Source: Phoronis australis
Taxonomy: Eukaryota; Animalia; Phoronida
Direction: 5' to 3'
Assembly (NCBI GenBank): GCA_002633005.1
Contig: NMRA01000022.1
Location: 695,201-759,200 of the forward strand
Length of the DNA: 64,000 bases
Below the pieces are notes generated by a model. It searched no databases. It had not been told where the DNA came from and worked only from the letters and a program-made list of their open reading frames with translations. Made by a program: the position numbers and the translations under genes. Below are positions 34,801 to 47,200 of this stretch, piece by piece (positions within the stretch are counted from its first letter, which is position 1; every line of letters begins with the position of its first letter).

Positions 34801-37681
34801 AAACAATATAAGTGTCCTAAATTTCCGCGAGAAGGATCACGAACGCCGTGGTCGTTTCATGTTTGCAGGTAGGGATGAAAGGACACAACGGAAATTCGTT
34901 AAAACTCCTCCATTTTCGCATCATGGGGAATCACAACGGCGACATGCAACTGTACCACTAGCTTACTTTCAATAAACAAAAAAGTAAACCAGAAAAAAGT
35001 CTCAGTGTGAGGTTTCTCTAATAGTATGACCACGGTTTAAGTGAAAGCACTCTTGAATTATGTTGCCCGAAAGATGAAAATTATTTTGGCTGAACGATGA
35101 CAGTTATTGTGGCTGAAGTGGTCCATCGTTCTACTAATCAATGGATATCTGTCTGGCTGGGGTTCAATCCCAGTGTTTTCTCTGCTATAATTGTCTTCAC
35201 ATCTCGCAATTTCGCCGCACTGTGCGCCCTTAGTTCATGTTCATTGTTTTGATACACTCCAGGGTGCCATCAACAAGTGTTTCTATGGCAACGAGATTAG
35301 AAAAATTTCTGACATAATAGAGTGAAAGCGAATCTTACAATTTTAGTTCCATTAGATGGTCATATACGACAGTTATTGGTGGAAAGCGATGGTCGAAACA
35401 AAGTAGAAGTTAACACTGTTGGAGAAAAAAGCAGTGGTTGATAATATTCACAATTTTATGAATATCTCAGGAGCAGGGTTCGACTCTAATACCACAAATT
35501 AGCTGAAGCTGATAAGGAATCATTATAGCCGAAGGATTAATTAATGGATTTGATGCCCAGTTGCGCATATGTGTATACCGTAGAAACTGATTTACGGGCC
35601 ATCATTGAGATCCAACCGCGCGGTATAAGTGGTGTGTTGCCTCCCGCAACTCGGCTGTTTCCTACACCCTTCTTTGCAGCCACGCCCAATTATTCGGACC
35701 CACTGAAGAGTGTTTCCCAAGGACATTGGCGATTTAAAAGCAAACCCTGACTGAAGGGTGCTTGCCAACTCAAACCCAAGCCACTATGTTTAAAAAAAGT
35801 ACAACGTTCTTGCTCACTCCCAACAAGTAACACGAAGATGCGACAATGTTAAATTCATTTCGATATATTGCACGATTCTTAAACATTTGTCTAAATCCCC
35901 ATCTGCAAACAAGCCTTCCGTATCGCACTACAGTTCAGTTCATTACTGCTAAAACTCACCATTACTACCGGAACTCAACTTGATCGTCTAAAGAACCTTC
36001 GCACAGAAACTCAACGCGTGAGAACGACCGTCTTAAATATTCCTTGAGCAGGCTCCTTGTGTTCTCGGGCTCTAACTCTCCTTGGTGGCTTTATACCATT
36101 TAAGGTCGAACCATGACAATAACTATTGTTTGTCCAACTTCTAAGAGCTTCTTTTTAAGGACGACGAGTCCACTAGCTTCTACAGGGGTGTGAGACAACT
36201 TATCGCGTGAAAATGAAAAACGGAAATAAAAATTTAAGTAACATGTAACAACTCTTTTCATTAGATGTTTGTTTATATAAATGGTTGTTATTTTCTTCTA
36301 TCTTCGTAATGATTGACCGGGAATTCTTAACCGATAAAAGTATTTGAGTCCCATGCATTCCAATAATGCCAGTGGCTAATTACGCCGGAGTTGGCAGAAA
36401 GCACTTGTGAGTACATCTTCAACGAAGAACTGTGAATCTACATATTTTGTGCGATCACTCAAAGGCATTTGAAAATAAATTAATGGATATGGAAATTTAA
36501 ATCAATTAATTAATTCGCCCAGTCTAAGTCATTGAAGCAACTTAAAAGAGCATATTTCAAAACAAAAAGCCAAAGGAAAAGCACAACATCAACACAACAT
36601 CTGAATCTGAAAACAAAGAAAAGCGAATAAATTAGAATTAAGCTAAGGGGAAAATGTTTGTTAGTTCAGTTTTCACTAAACGTGCATTTCCTGAATGACC
36701 ACCAGGTGGCAGGGCAGGTCTCAGTTGGCCTCTTATAACTCAGAGACTGGTTACAATCCGTCAGCAATGCTGTTTAAGAGATATTCGAGAACGCAAATCC
36801 AAAATGGTAAAAAACTGAACACCAAATACCATTGCCACCTGGCGGACATAGTTGGAACTCATAATAACGTGGCTTGCAACGGTCGTGCCGTATACGGAGT
36901 AACAGTTATTATGATTCTTTGTTCATAAAATTTTATGTAACAAATCATAATCCACCACACATAGTTCAGGTTGTGCATAGTTAATACCACAACCTCTGAT
37001 GAGAAATATCGTCAAGCAGCGGGTTTTTTTTTGTTCCGACTCTCAACATAAGAAATCCTTTCACTTCTCAAATCTGTATTATGTGAATGACAACCACATC
37101 ATTTCATGTCTCCATTGTCCACCATCAACAGATTTAGAGAAATTACCCAATTACTTCTAAGCACTACGGCTAAATAGCCATTAGTCCACTCGTTAGGAAG
37201 ACTATCATACTTTCTCATCGGAGGTTCTAATATTAGTCCAGCTCGGATTCCGTTCCTGTCACGTATCCTCGAAAGAAGGCGTAATTCAACACAGGAATCT
37301 ATAACAGGTGCACATAGGATAAAACATTTGAAAACACCAGACAAGCATGAAGATAAAAAGATGTACAGAGAAATCACGCCCATTGGCTTAAAAATGACAG
37401 CAACACAGCAAATGAAAAGCACAGTACACAAATGCGAAAAATATTTACAGAAACGAAACTATTTAGAACTTGGTAAATATAACAAATAACACGTGCATTT
37501 TAACACTATGAACTGAAAATTAGGCAAAAATTCTTGGAAACGTTTACATGACGACGTGGACGTATCTATTTCAATTTTAATTTGAAACTCGCCACACACT
37601 TCAGCACTTAGTTAATTTTCGACTAACAAATAACAGATGAAAATTGACCAAGGAGTTAGCTTACCTCTTCTGCCATTGTTT
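19731..37681 (-). CDS. Myosin regulatory light chain gene with duplicated alternative exons (1A/1B, 2a/2b, 3, 4a/4b, 5a-6a-7a / 5b-6b-7b)
   Basis: Motifs [42 protein letters not shown] and KFNY. Paired exons have matching phases and lengths (102/102, 79/79, 49/49 nt). All splice sites are GT-AG. Confidence 0.93.
20242..20290 (-). CDS. RLC exon 6b
   Basis: Acceptor CTTTCAG, (Y)[22 protein letters not shown] donor; 49 nt. Confidence 0.92.
21449..21527 (-). CDS. RLC exon 5b
   Basis: Acceptor CTTTCAG, (G)[25 protein letters not shown](Y), GTAAGT donor; 79 nt. Confidence 0.92.
23351..23446 (-). CDS. RLC alternative terminal exon 7a
   Basis: Acceptor GTTTTCAG, then [31 protein letters not shown] and stop. 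Confidence 0.9.
   Translation of the reverse strand: MRQTWKEAPISAGKFDYVAMVKLLKGQQDEQ
23619..23667 (-). CDS. RLC exon 6a
   Basis: Acceptor TATTCCAG, (Y)[22 protein letters not shown] donor; 49 nt. Confidence 0.9.
23800..24020 (-). mobile_element. Non-LTR retrotransposon 3' end (C-terminal CCHC knuckle and (CAA)n tail)
   Basis: [18 protein letters not shown], then a stop, a C-run and CAACAACAACTACAACAAG. Confidence 0.65.
24303..25554 (+). mobile_element. Helentron/HINE-like non-autonomous element with an internal tandem array
   Basis: AACAAGAG start, subunits of about 130-160 bp in higher-order units of about 420 bp, a (CGGA)n microsatellite, and a terminal hairpin plus A-run. Partial copies at 63332-63535 and 3023-3067. 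Confidence 0.7.
25669..25747 (-). CDS. RLC exon 5a
   Basis: Acceptor TCCCCCCAG, (G)[25 protein letters not shown](Y), GTGAGT donor; 79 nt. Confidence 0.9.
26798..26899 (-). CDS. RLC exon 4b
   Basis: Acceptor AATCCAG, (G)[33 protein letters not shown](G), GTAAGT donor; 102 nt. Confidence 0.9.
27252..27353 (-). CDS. RLC exon 4a
   Basis: Acceptor GTTTCAG, (G)[33 protein letters not shown](G), GTAAGA donor; 102 nt. Confidence 0.92.
27492..28821 (-). mobile_element. TTAA-flanked THAP-bearing fold-back DNA transposon (Kolobok-like), TIRs about 310 bp
   Basis: TTAA at 27488-27491 and 28822-28825, with long inverted arms. Frameshifted THAP domain [10 protein letters not shown]...FPRD...W...VCGKHF...LKKGTIPS. 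Confidence 0.85.
29887..29962 (-). CDS. RLC constitutive exon 3 (EF-hand 1 loop)
   Basis: Acceptor [32 protein letters not shown](G), GTAAGT donor; 76 nt. Confidence 0.95.
30097..30326. repeat. 33-bp tandem repeat, about 7 copies
   Basis: Unit GTTCTATACAATAGCTGTCATCACGCAATGATA. Confidence 0.95.
33883..33978 (-). CDS. RLC exon 2b (canonical RATS phosphosite)
   Basis: Acceptor [45 protein letters not shown] donor; 96 nt. Confidence 0.92.
34223..34384 (-). CDS. RLC exon 2a (N-terminally extended, RQS site)
   Basis: Acceptor [21 protein letters not shown]...[29 protein letters not shown] donor; 162 nt. Confidence 0.9.
35109..35175 (+). mobile_element. Degenerate tRNA-derived SINE head
   Basis: A-box-like TGGCTGAAGTGG and B-box GGTTCAATCCC. 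Confidence 0.4.
35960..36065 (-). CDS. RLC alternative first exon 1B (5' UTR plus ATG only)
   Basis: GTAGTAATG|GTGAGT, with the ATG at 35962-35960, phase 0. It lies about 130 nt downstream of a TATA box. The 5' end is estimated. Confidence 0.7.
36090..36105 (-). promoter_or_regulatory. CArG box directly abutting a TATA box
   Basis: The minus strand reads CCTTAAATGG-TATAAA, i.e. CC(A/T)6GG followed by TATAAA. Confidence 0.7.
37665..37681 (-). CDS. RLC alternative start micro-exon 1A (17 nt, encodes MAEE)
   Basis: TGTCTTTTCAG|AAACAATGGCAGAAGAG|GTAAGC, phase 0. It requires an upstream non-coding exon. Confidence 0.72.
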
Positions 37682-38219
37682 CTGAAAAGACAGAAACACA
37701 ATTAAAGCGGTATGCGGTGTAGATAAATGTTACTTGAAGACGTCACGATGGTTTGAGGATGGATTGTTAAATGAAGCATAACTACCAATGGATATGTCAG
37801 TTGACGGACTGTTAACGGCCTAGATCATCTAAGACTGTAAACATTTTCAATGCAACAGAGAGAGCAGGCGTATTTTGAAAAACAAAACAGCGGGAAAATA
37901 TGAGGAAAGAGTCGGGAGTTCATTGGGACAGGATGTAAATGACGTCAGCACAGTGACCCACTAATTAAAAACATATGGGTTCAACTTTCAAACAGAACGG
38001 TTATATAAAATTGTGCTTTCACACAATAACATATGGAGAGAAATGTGAACAGCCATAAAATTTGTAGATAGTTGCACACACTCCTCAGCACGATCCATTT
38101 ACGTAACTAACGTAAGAGATGTACTAGTTGACTCGTTCTGTCAAGTGGCGTCCACGGACGGTACGGTTCGTCTAACTATTTAAACAACCATGTCGTTCCC
38201 GATATTAACAGTTCAGGCT

Positions 38220-39240
38220 TAACCCAGTTCAGTTTTACAGAAACACGTGCAATCATAAAAGTGACGGTCAGCTATACACACCCTATGACCGGAACTATAG
38301 TCACCTACGTAGAAACTACAGCTAATCCAGTTCGTGATCACATTTAAATGCTGCACTGATTTTTCTAGAAAGGGAAAATTGTATCCTGGATACCGTTCAA
38401 GTTCAACAATTCCGTAAATAAATGAGAAAGTCAATAAAACTTCACTTACATTTCGAAAGTTCGTATTGGAGAAGAGACGCAGCGAACAGGCAGAGCGACC
38501 GGAAGGATTGAACGAAGTGAACGAACTGACGGAGGTAGCCCGTGCCAAATAAGGCAAGCCAAGGCTAATAGGATAAGCCGGCGGTAATAGATCACAGGTA
38601 AACAAACAGTGTTAGGGGGCTAAGAATGATTGATGGATCCGTGAGTGCAAACGGAGACGAGTTACTAAGCTGGAACTGGGGAAGTAAATGTAATCTAAAA
38701 ATCTGGTCGCTAATAAATTAATGTCCAAGATCATTACATCGCATTCACTAAAGTGAATTAATACAAAACGTCACTCAAACGATGAACCTTGCGGTCATTG
38801 CTTGTCCAAAGGTAAGAAGAAGGGCAGACATAGGGGCACTTTATATCAAGGGGCCAGGAACCGGGACTCCTCTGAATCCGCACCTTGACCCGTATCTGTA
38901 GTTTAACAAAACGTGAAAAATTCATATTCCTTTTTGTTGTTGCCAACTTTCTACCTCTTAGCCTCAGACTCCGGAACAGTCAAAGGGTTTTAATGAAGGA
39001 TACAGGGTGAATTCAGATCGAACCCAATCACCTCAAAACAAGACCTACGGGTATCAAATGGGGCTGCCGCACCAGAAAACGCGACCGACGCACCTAAAAA
39101 TATGACCGCCACACCACAAAACAGGATCTCCGGTGACTGAAAACTGATGACCACCGGGCAAAATCTTATCAATGCCTGTGTTTGATACTCATATATAAAG
39201 AACATAGAAACAAAAATCTAATTCAACATGGCGACGCACC
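38220..39240 (-). mobile_element. Possible decayed Gypsy gag/protease remnant
   Basis: Fragments FISDQIF...ILSP and PISLGLPYL resemble retroviral-type aspartic protease motifs. Heavily degenerate. Confidence 0.3.
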
Positions 39241-39959
39241 GCTAAGTACGAAAAATCCCATATGAGTGGTACTAAAATACGAAAAGAAATGCAAATCACA
39301 CGAACTGACAGGCTTTTCAGAGCAACATCGACGAGATTAGAGAACAGGTTGCAACATGATGTGCGGAAACGGAAAATCTCAAATCATTAATTGTAAATGT
39401 TAATCACAACGTCCAAAAGCCTCGTACCTGAGATTCTTCACATATGCCGGTAAGATCCCAAGAGGTGAACCAATTTTCAGCGTTGTAAGGCCTAATTCAC
39501 TAAAGAGGGCACTGAAGTGGCCTTTAACAAGACAAATATTATTAAGCTCGTGAAGCGATAAAGTCCCTGTATAAATGGTTGTATTGTACTGGAGCCTTGA
39601 TTACACTCATTTAGATGACAATTTCCGCTGTTTATGGTCCAAGAATGTGAACTGTAAATTCCTGCCGTTAGATAACAGCGTACACACAATGTATTAACAA
39701 GTCGAAGACACTATTCCAGTTTCTTGCATTCATATGATCATCCGGGAACTCCATGTCATAATTTTCTTACTTGATTTCATTCACCAATTTCGTTTTTATT
39801 TATCTTGAAGTTGTCACAAGCAAATTGTGACTCTATCATACGTAGTTTTGATAAAATGCATTCTCTAGGGGGTATTTTAGGTAAAATTTACTCGTTTACT
39901 TTTGCGAAGGACTTGCGTTTCTGCTTAATGGATGCATATAGTGACACAGAAGCATACCT

Positions 39960-40660
39960 CGAATTTCCGAAAATAAGCTCACCCAAAAGTACGCCCATGG
40001 GCGTATTTTCGGACATTTCTCCAAAAGTACGCCCATGGGAGTATTTTCGGTAACTGTTTACATGTTTTGAAAAATCTGACAGATTATTCTAAAATACGTG
40101 TGCAATATGTTTTGGTGTAAACTTTGGTTTACTTCGGGCAGCCATTATATTTTGAAATAGCGATTTCAATTAAATGACAGTCATTTAACGAGATATTAGG
40201 CGAAAGATAGTTTGACGCCGGCACTTTGTTTGCTGAATGCGAAATAAGTAGGCCTATGAACCAATTCGTACTCTGAGGTGAGATACATACATTAAAAAGG
40301 ACGTGTTTAACTTCACAACTAATGTTTGTTTAACAAAACGGCAGAAAAATATTCGTTGCATATGTTAATGAGTAATAAGCCTACTCTATCACTTTCATCA
40401 AACTATTGCCACCTCAGAGTCTTCAAATGCCTCCCCTTCGCTGGAGACTTCAGATAGATGCTGTACTTTGAAAACAGCATTGATTACATAATTAATGATA
40501 GCTATTTGATTTAAAGAGGATCATGGAATATTTGACACAGTTTCCGAAAATACGACCATCAATCCGAAAATTCGCCCAAGGGTATATTCGGTTTCATTTG
40601 ACGTTTTTGAAAATTCGTTTTCAAGAATATCAGCAAATGGGCCTATTTTCGTAAATTCCT
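39960..40660. mobile_element. MITE-like element with subterminal repeats
   Basis: GAATTTCCGAAAATA matches inverted TATTTTCGTAAATTC, with repeated TACGCCCATGGG units. Confidence 0.45.
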
Positions 40661-40670
40661 AGTACTAGTT

Positions 40671-40812
40671 CAGGGGCGGATCCAGAATTTTTATTTAGGG
40701 GGGGGGGTTCAGGCCAGAGTATTAGCCAGGATTTTGCCCGAACTGCCAAATGAAATCTGGGAGTTTGGGGGGGGGGCATGACCCCCTTGGCCCCCCTTTA
40801 AATCCGCCACTG
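40671..40812. mobile_element. hAT-like mini-MITE
   Basis: CAGGGGCGGATCC ... AAATCCGCCACTG termini. Confidence 0.65.
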
Positions 40813-41124
40813 AAGTTGACAATCATCAAGTCTGTGTAACCTTTTACCTGAACTACCGTAATGACACGAGTTTTTAGGTGTGTATTATTGCTTGTAGGTG
40901 GTATATTTAACGAAAATTAATTTATTTGAGTTAACTGTTTGCAGGACTACCAGCACTGATATAATATATTAAAAAAATATTTGCAGGCGGTCTGATACAC
41001 GTTGTATCAGACGTGCGCAAGCCTCGCATGTGGGCCCATTGCACTGCTCACCTGGAAATATTTTTATGCTTTATTGATATATGGTTAAAACCGAGCTGAG
41101 GAGCTAGAAACCCGGCTCAAGGGT

Positions 41125-41208
41125 TTAGCAGTGTGACCTGGTGGGACTTGAACCCACAGTCTCGAGTAAAGAAAGCGGGCACTTGTCAACCAGGCCAAAC
41201 TGCCTCCT
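41125..41208 (-). mobile_element. tRNA-derived SINE head
   Basis: TGGCCTGGTTG A-box-like motif and GGGTTCAAGTCCC B-box. No full cloverleaf. Confidence 0.5.
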
Positions 41209-44200
41209 ACCAGCAAGCAGAAATACGTTGTGTATAACAAGACTGAGTGATAGGTTATCACAGAACCCTTTTTTGCAAAACGTAAAACGTACTTGTTCCA
41301 GTTTGTGACGTCATACAAACAGCAACGGCATTATACAGCATTGTGCGCAGCTTGAACACAAAGACTATTTTTTGAAATAAAATCTTTAAAATAAGCCATG
41401 TAGGAATTGATCTAATAAAACAAAAGCAATTAATTATTATAAATGTCTACTTTATTAATTAGTTGTGCTATGTTGTCACAAGTTTTCACCAACTCATGGT
41501 CTGCCCACACGATTGAAAGAAATTCATTTTTTGCTATGGGTTTTTGAGAGCTTGAGATCTTTACACTCTTTCAGTACAATAACACTGAGAAAGAGAATTT
41601 GGGAACATTAGTTCACGACCTAGTGCTTGTTACAACAACCGTAGCCATTTGACAGTTATTACCAATAGGCGGCGTGGCTGTTCATATATCTCAACACGAA
41701 ACATCTGTTCAGTGCTTATTATGGCAATATATACTAGGGTTTCGAATTTCCGAACAATGCTGAGCATGTAGCAATGTGAATGTGCAAGATCTGGTGCAGA
41801 TACCAAGCGTAATATGTAACGAGAAATACAGTCATGTTACCATTGAAGAGCGCCCATTCGTAAACATTATTTCTGGTGATTGTTTTAATCAAGTCAGAAT
41901 TCAGCATGTGACAGCGGGGGAAGAAAATTCCAATTTCCGTTAGACGTTTGCCCTAAGTCCGAATTTCAATTACCACTTAACCTCCTAATAGTCTTGGGTG
42001 GAACTCTATCACGGGGTTTATATCACTATTTGTTGCCAGGGAGTACAGCTGAGAAATTAGGATAGCCCTTGTTTAGAAAAAGCAACCACGTGGGGAGCCT
42101 CAGAGGAAAGACACCCCTTAGTAAAGTATTGTTTCCGTGGTCACTTATTATTTCAATAAACGAAACCGTTACCTCAAACGTAAACTTTGTTTTATGGGAA
42201 ATTCAGTCAGGAAAAATACATTAACTGATTCGCTTGAAAGTCATCGGAGGATCTAGGACATCGTGAGGGGGCTCACTGAGTCATGTTCAAACAGCAGGTG
42301 CTCGGATTCTGTGGGTACTTTTTGCAGTTTCAGGTGGGACTGATGTCCATTTCACCACCCAGCTCCTTCACCGCTTCAAAAAAACTTTCTCAGGTGTTCT
42401 CTACTTCATTATGAGTGTTACGGGTGCCGACGCACATTTAAAATCTAGACTAACGGAAAATCTACCAATGGAACCGGGCCTAATTTACCAAAGACAATAG
42501 CAGGTGATGACAAAGCCTACCCGAGACAATGCCACTCTCTCCCAAATCACTTCTTCCTTAGTTTACTCACCAGAGCCAATAACTGTAAAAACCAAACCAC
42601 CCAAGTTGGAGGCACGTCCCTACCAGCCCCTGTATAGAATGACCCCCGTTTTACAGTTGTGGGGAAATTCGATTCCTCCTATTTTAAAGACAGGGTACCA
42701 CGTATTGAGTTCTGTTTTAAATTCATTATTCTCAATGCCTCCTAGTTCGATGCATTCCGAATCCGAAGATCATCGGAGAAATAAAATTCACTGTCCAGAT
42801 AGCATAACGTCATATCACTTCAGTTCTGGCCTGCAATACCAAATCTGGGCAGATTTCTCAGTCGCTCTTCGCACAGTTTACCACTCAGGCCAATGACTCG
42901 CCGTATTGGTCTGAGGTTGCAACAAGCGCCAGTGTTGGGTTTCACTACGTCAGTCCAGACAAAAACATATAACGTTTGCGGAATGTTTCAAGAGCTTTTC
43001 ACCATCGTCTGAGGTCGATGATTCCATCGTCATGCTAAGAGAAACAATAACAAATGCCAACTGTTTCTTGACTAGCTTGTTATATTTATCATACGGCATA
43101 TCTCTATGGTTACGAGGACCTAATCGACAAATTTGTACATTTAGCCAAATATCTACAAAACTTTATAAATAATTCAGCAAAAGTAGAACTTGCATTGAAT
43201 TCGAGTTTTGACTATACACCAATCTGCCACCAATGAGGTCACGTGATCTTGCTTCTTAGAAAAATTTAGCTAAAATAAAGGTGTAGTCATAGCAAAACAA
43301 CAAAACGTGAACACTTTTCCTATTATATCAATGTTTAGGATAAAATCTCACGAAACTGTTACAGTTTGATGAATTATTGTTTTATGCAACTTTAAAATCC
43401 ATACAAATCATAAGTCCTCGTGAAAAAATGGAAATAATTTTAAAAACAATTCCCATCAGCGTTTCTGGAAACAGTGTATATAAAGCATATTATATGATCA
43501 GCCATCTCCAAATATAGACAAACTGGATATTTTTCTTAAGTGACTTAAGTCCTACTGCTGTACACAACCTTAAGAAAAATTATAGTTTCATCGACTTAGC
43601 TATCAAAGTCAATTTAGAAAAATAACACTAATGAAATCATTTAGACTTATTTGCAATATTTGATGATTGGTATCCATCATGTTTCTTCCAACGAAAAATA
43701 AACACTTCGACTTGGGATCATTCATCGAGACACCAACATAAATTCAACTGAGATTCAGCAGAGAATGTATACCGAGGGTGGGGCGGTGAAGTTAGGAAAA
43801 AGCTGAACATCGTTCTGGAAACACACTCTCTGTTGCCTCGGAATTTTCGCTCCCTCGCCAATTGCCACTTATTTCCCGCATTCCACCCACTGCCCACGTA
43901 CGACACTTGGAAAGGTTGTAATTATGAATTGGACCATTTCCAAGGCAGGGAAGGGCAATGTCGAACAACCCTTCTGATTTCACCTTTGTGGACTACGGAA
44001 TAGGGAGGAAGCTGACTTTCTGCACCACTAGACAATCAGCATCAAGAAGGGCAAATTGCCAGCCTGTATAGTGGTAACACAATGATGCAAAAGTTCTCCT
44101 ATTTTTCCCACGAGAAAAGCTTGAAGAAGAAACAGATTGTGTGCGCAAACGACTGAAATGAATTGAGATTTAGCTGATCAAACTGCATAGCTGCGTAGAA

Positions 44201-47200
44201 ATAAATTTGTTTTACAGAATTGAGGTAATGAGCGAGCAGAAACATACGTAGAACACAATGGCTGGTTAACCCAATGGCCCAATAAACAAACATTCCTTCA
44301 AATCAACATTCTGAGATAGCGAGTAATTTCGCAAGAACTACATTAAATCGTACTTAATGGGAGTCAGTCACCAGAGATGTCTCGAGTAAACGTGGTGTTA
44401 ATTGGATAAGAATAAGCTAAAACATCGTCTTCAAATAAACTATAATGAGCTGATAAAATGTTTCAAAAGTTGTGACCAAGGCCAGTTGTACTCACTTTTA
44501 CGTTAGAATCAAGCGAGCGTCCAGGCGAAGCCTCCAGTCGATGTTACACACCAGCAAACAGTGAGAGACGAATACCTCTGCAAACCACGTAACCCTACAC
44601 CTTGGTTCATGCTAAATGGGGAACAGCCGAGTAAGGCAAAAGGCCAAGCACATCGTTTAGTTTAACTGCCCTTCCTGTGAACTTGTAACCGTGGCAACGA
44701 GAGAAGGTATTTTTTGTGGACTGTATTTGTTCTTACAGGAGCGCTAAAACAAGTTGTTTCATGAAAGTTGTATTTGAGATCAGAAGATATATGCCAGGTT
44801 GAGACGTCTTCGTTGATATTGCAAACCCAGAGTCGAATCTATGAACTTAAACTCGACATCAAATTATTTTTGACATTCTACCATTGGCATTCAAGCAATA
44901 TAAATACCTAAAAGATTGTATGCTCAAATATTGAGGCCCTGTATTATGGTTTACCCCTAGAATGGATTAGCCACGAACTCGAAATCCAAATTCGAGGTTC
45001 CGATTCTTAACTTGCGAATCGAACTTACGACGTGATGCTTGGATTGTCCAATGCAAACTGTACCACACCAGACATACCTCTATGTCAACCGTATGCGGGC
45101 TCAATTACTAACACAATCAGAAACACCGTCTTAAATTCGAAAGTAAAGGCAAGATGTAAAAAAGTTCGGAGATGAAATTCCGTCCCTATGTGTTGTTATA
45201 TTAATATTTTCTAGCATAAGACGTACGAGTCGAGCAGTGGGCACTAGCCAGCGAGAGCGTGAAACGTACAAGCCTCTTTTAAAGGACCGATAAGGGTTTT
45301 ACGGCCGTTGTCTGCCAAACATTTGCTGAAGCGAACACCGTTGATTTTACCATGCGCTTAAAATACTCCGAGGTGCCATTTATCGGCTGGGATATAGCTC
45401 CCCCAGCGACCGAGGGATACCAGGCTTGATTTCGCGCTGAGGCTGATCTCATAAAATTCCTCTTCTCGCCGATTATGTGCGTTTAAAGCTACAGTAACTA
45501 TCTTGTTTTCATTAGTTCAGAACAAAGAATGGTGTCGGACAACCGAATGATAAGCGACTGCAACAGAGCCGACGCTGCATTTGTATAAAACTCGATTTCT
45601 TTTTATTTTCTAGGCTTATAAGAAGTGAATCATTGCAAACAAGTATGACGTCGAATTTGCTGGTGCAACACCAAAAGACTAAAAATGAAATTTAGCGATG
45701 TTTAAAGAGGCATTGAACGCGAAAGCTCTTCAAAAATATCATTTAAACAATTCCTGACGAAAGCACCATCACGCAAAGTCTAGTACGTAGTAATTCACTT
45801 TCCCCTGTGAGGAAATTTCCAGGAAAAATCCCAAAATTTACAATTTTTGATATACGCACGAAGGAAAAACTCCGTGGTTACCACAGAGTTTCTAATCTCC
45901 CTCCCACTTATGATAAATGCACGCATGCGCCCAGTCAGCCGCTTAAAGTCAACGATCACATTTTTCATATAACAAGAAAAGTGCTATGTTTTTGTCTTGC
46001 TATACCAAATAAGGAGACCTGCTTTGCTTTGAGGGAGAAAAATCGACAAAGTGGCGAGCAGTTGACCGATCGTTTTTTGAAATTTGAAACTAAAAGAAAA
46101 GGATTTGATATCAACAGAAATTAAAAATCTTTACGAACAATCCCTAAAAATACCTGGTGAGCTGGTTGAATTCTATTTCAGTGGCAGAAAACAACTTTCA
46201 TTATTGCAATTTAATCTGTTTATCGCGTTCCAGGCCTCCTTCACTGTTACCTTGAGACACCCGTTTCCCGATTGTTTTAATTTAATTAGGAGTGTCAGAA
46301 AAATGGAGTTGAATAAGGCAAGTTAACACTTTTTGTTTTCTAAGACTATACTCTTGTCGGGATGGAGCTCGTAGGTGTTATTTTGGATTAAAGAATCGAA
46401 TTATTCTTTTCTTATCTTAGTTTGAAAGTGGTCATTTTGTTCCTCTGATGTAGCACTCTAAATAATATGAAAATGAAATCTTTATGAGATTTTGTCTAAA
46501 AAGAAAAATGATGTTATGTTGAAAGGGAATTCAGTATTATATGTATTTAATTATTGTTTTATTGTATTATAATAACTGTTTTATAATTTGTTGTTGAGAG
46601 CCCCCTTGGAAAGCAGTTCTGACGTTGAAGAGGCCACCCCCATTTTAAATATTATAATAAATAAATAAATTAAGGGATTAGAGTTTGACTTAAGTGGCTC
46701 CACAGGCGAAGTCTTTAACTGGAATGAATAGCTGAACTGTGCCTGTTGGTCAATTGTAAATAATTTAGGGGTACACGAGCCATAAGATACCTTGCGTGTC
46801 TGCCATGCTCGAACTGCTGGACAACATTTCCAGGTATTCAATAATAATGGGTCGAACGAGGTACGTTCAGGTACTAAGGTTCAGTACACATAATTAATAA
46901 ATGGTATGTCATGACTGGTCATGAACACGGGTTTCCTTCGCCCTAAAATCTGCAATTTTTAAGAAATAAAAACAAAACTGTTCATTTGCTAAGTATATCG
47001 TGATAAAATGTTGTGGCATCAAAAGAATTGCAAAGTATTCGTTCACCACGCTTACTGGCAAAGTTACGAATTTTACTATTAATGTGCAATAATTCAAACT
47101 CGTTCATGGATATGACAGGTGGTTTTTGTTTCCGGTAAATGATAAACTTGGTAAACTTGGGTTGCATTTGCTGAAAAAACAAATGCCTCTGAATCATAAC

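Noticed and set aside
41125-41208. Functional tRNA gene
   Set aside because: A and B boxes are present, but there is no convincing acceptor stem or anticodon arm. Treated as a SINE head.
42504-43050. 130-aa ORF, or a minus-strand acceptor followed by ATG near 43033
   Set aside because: No recognisable domain, early stops, and no partner exons.
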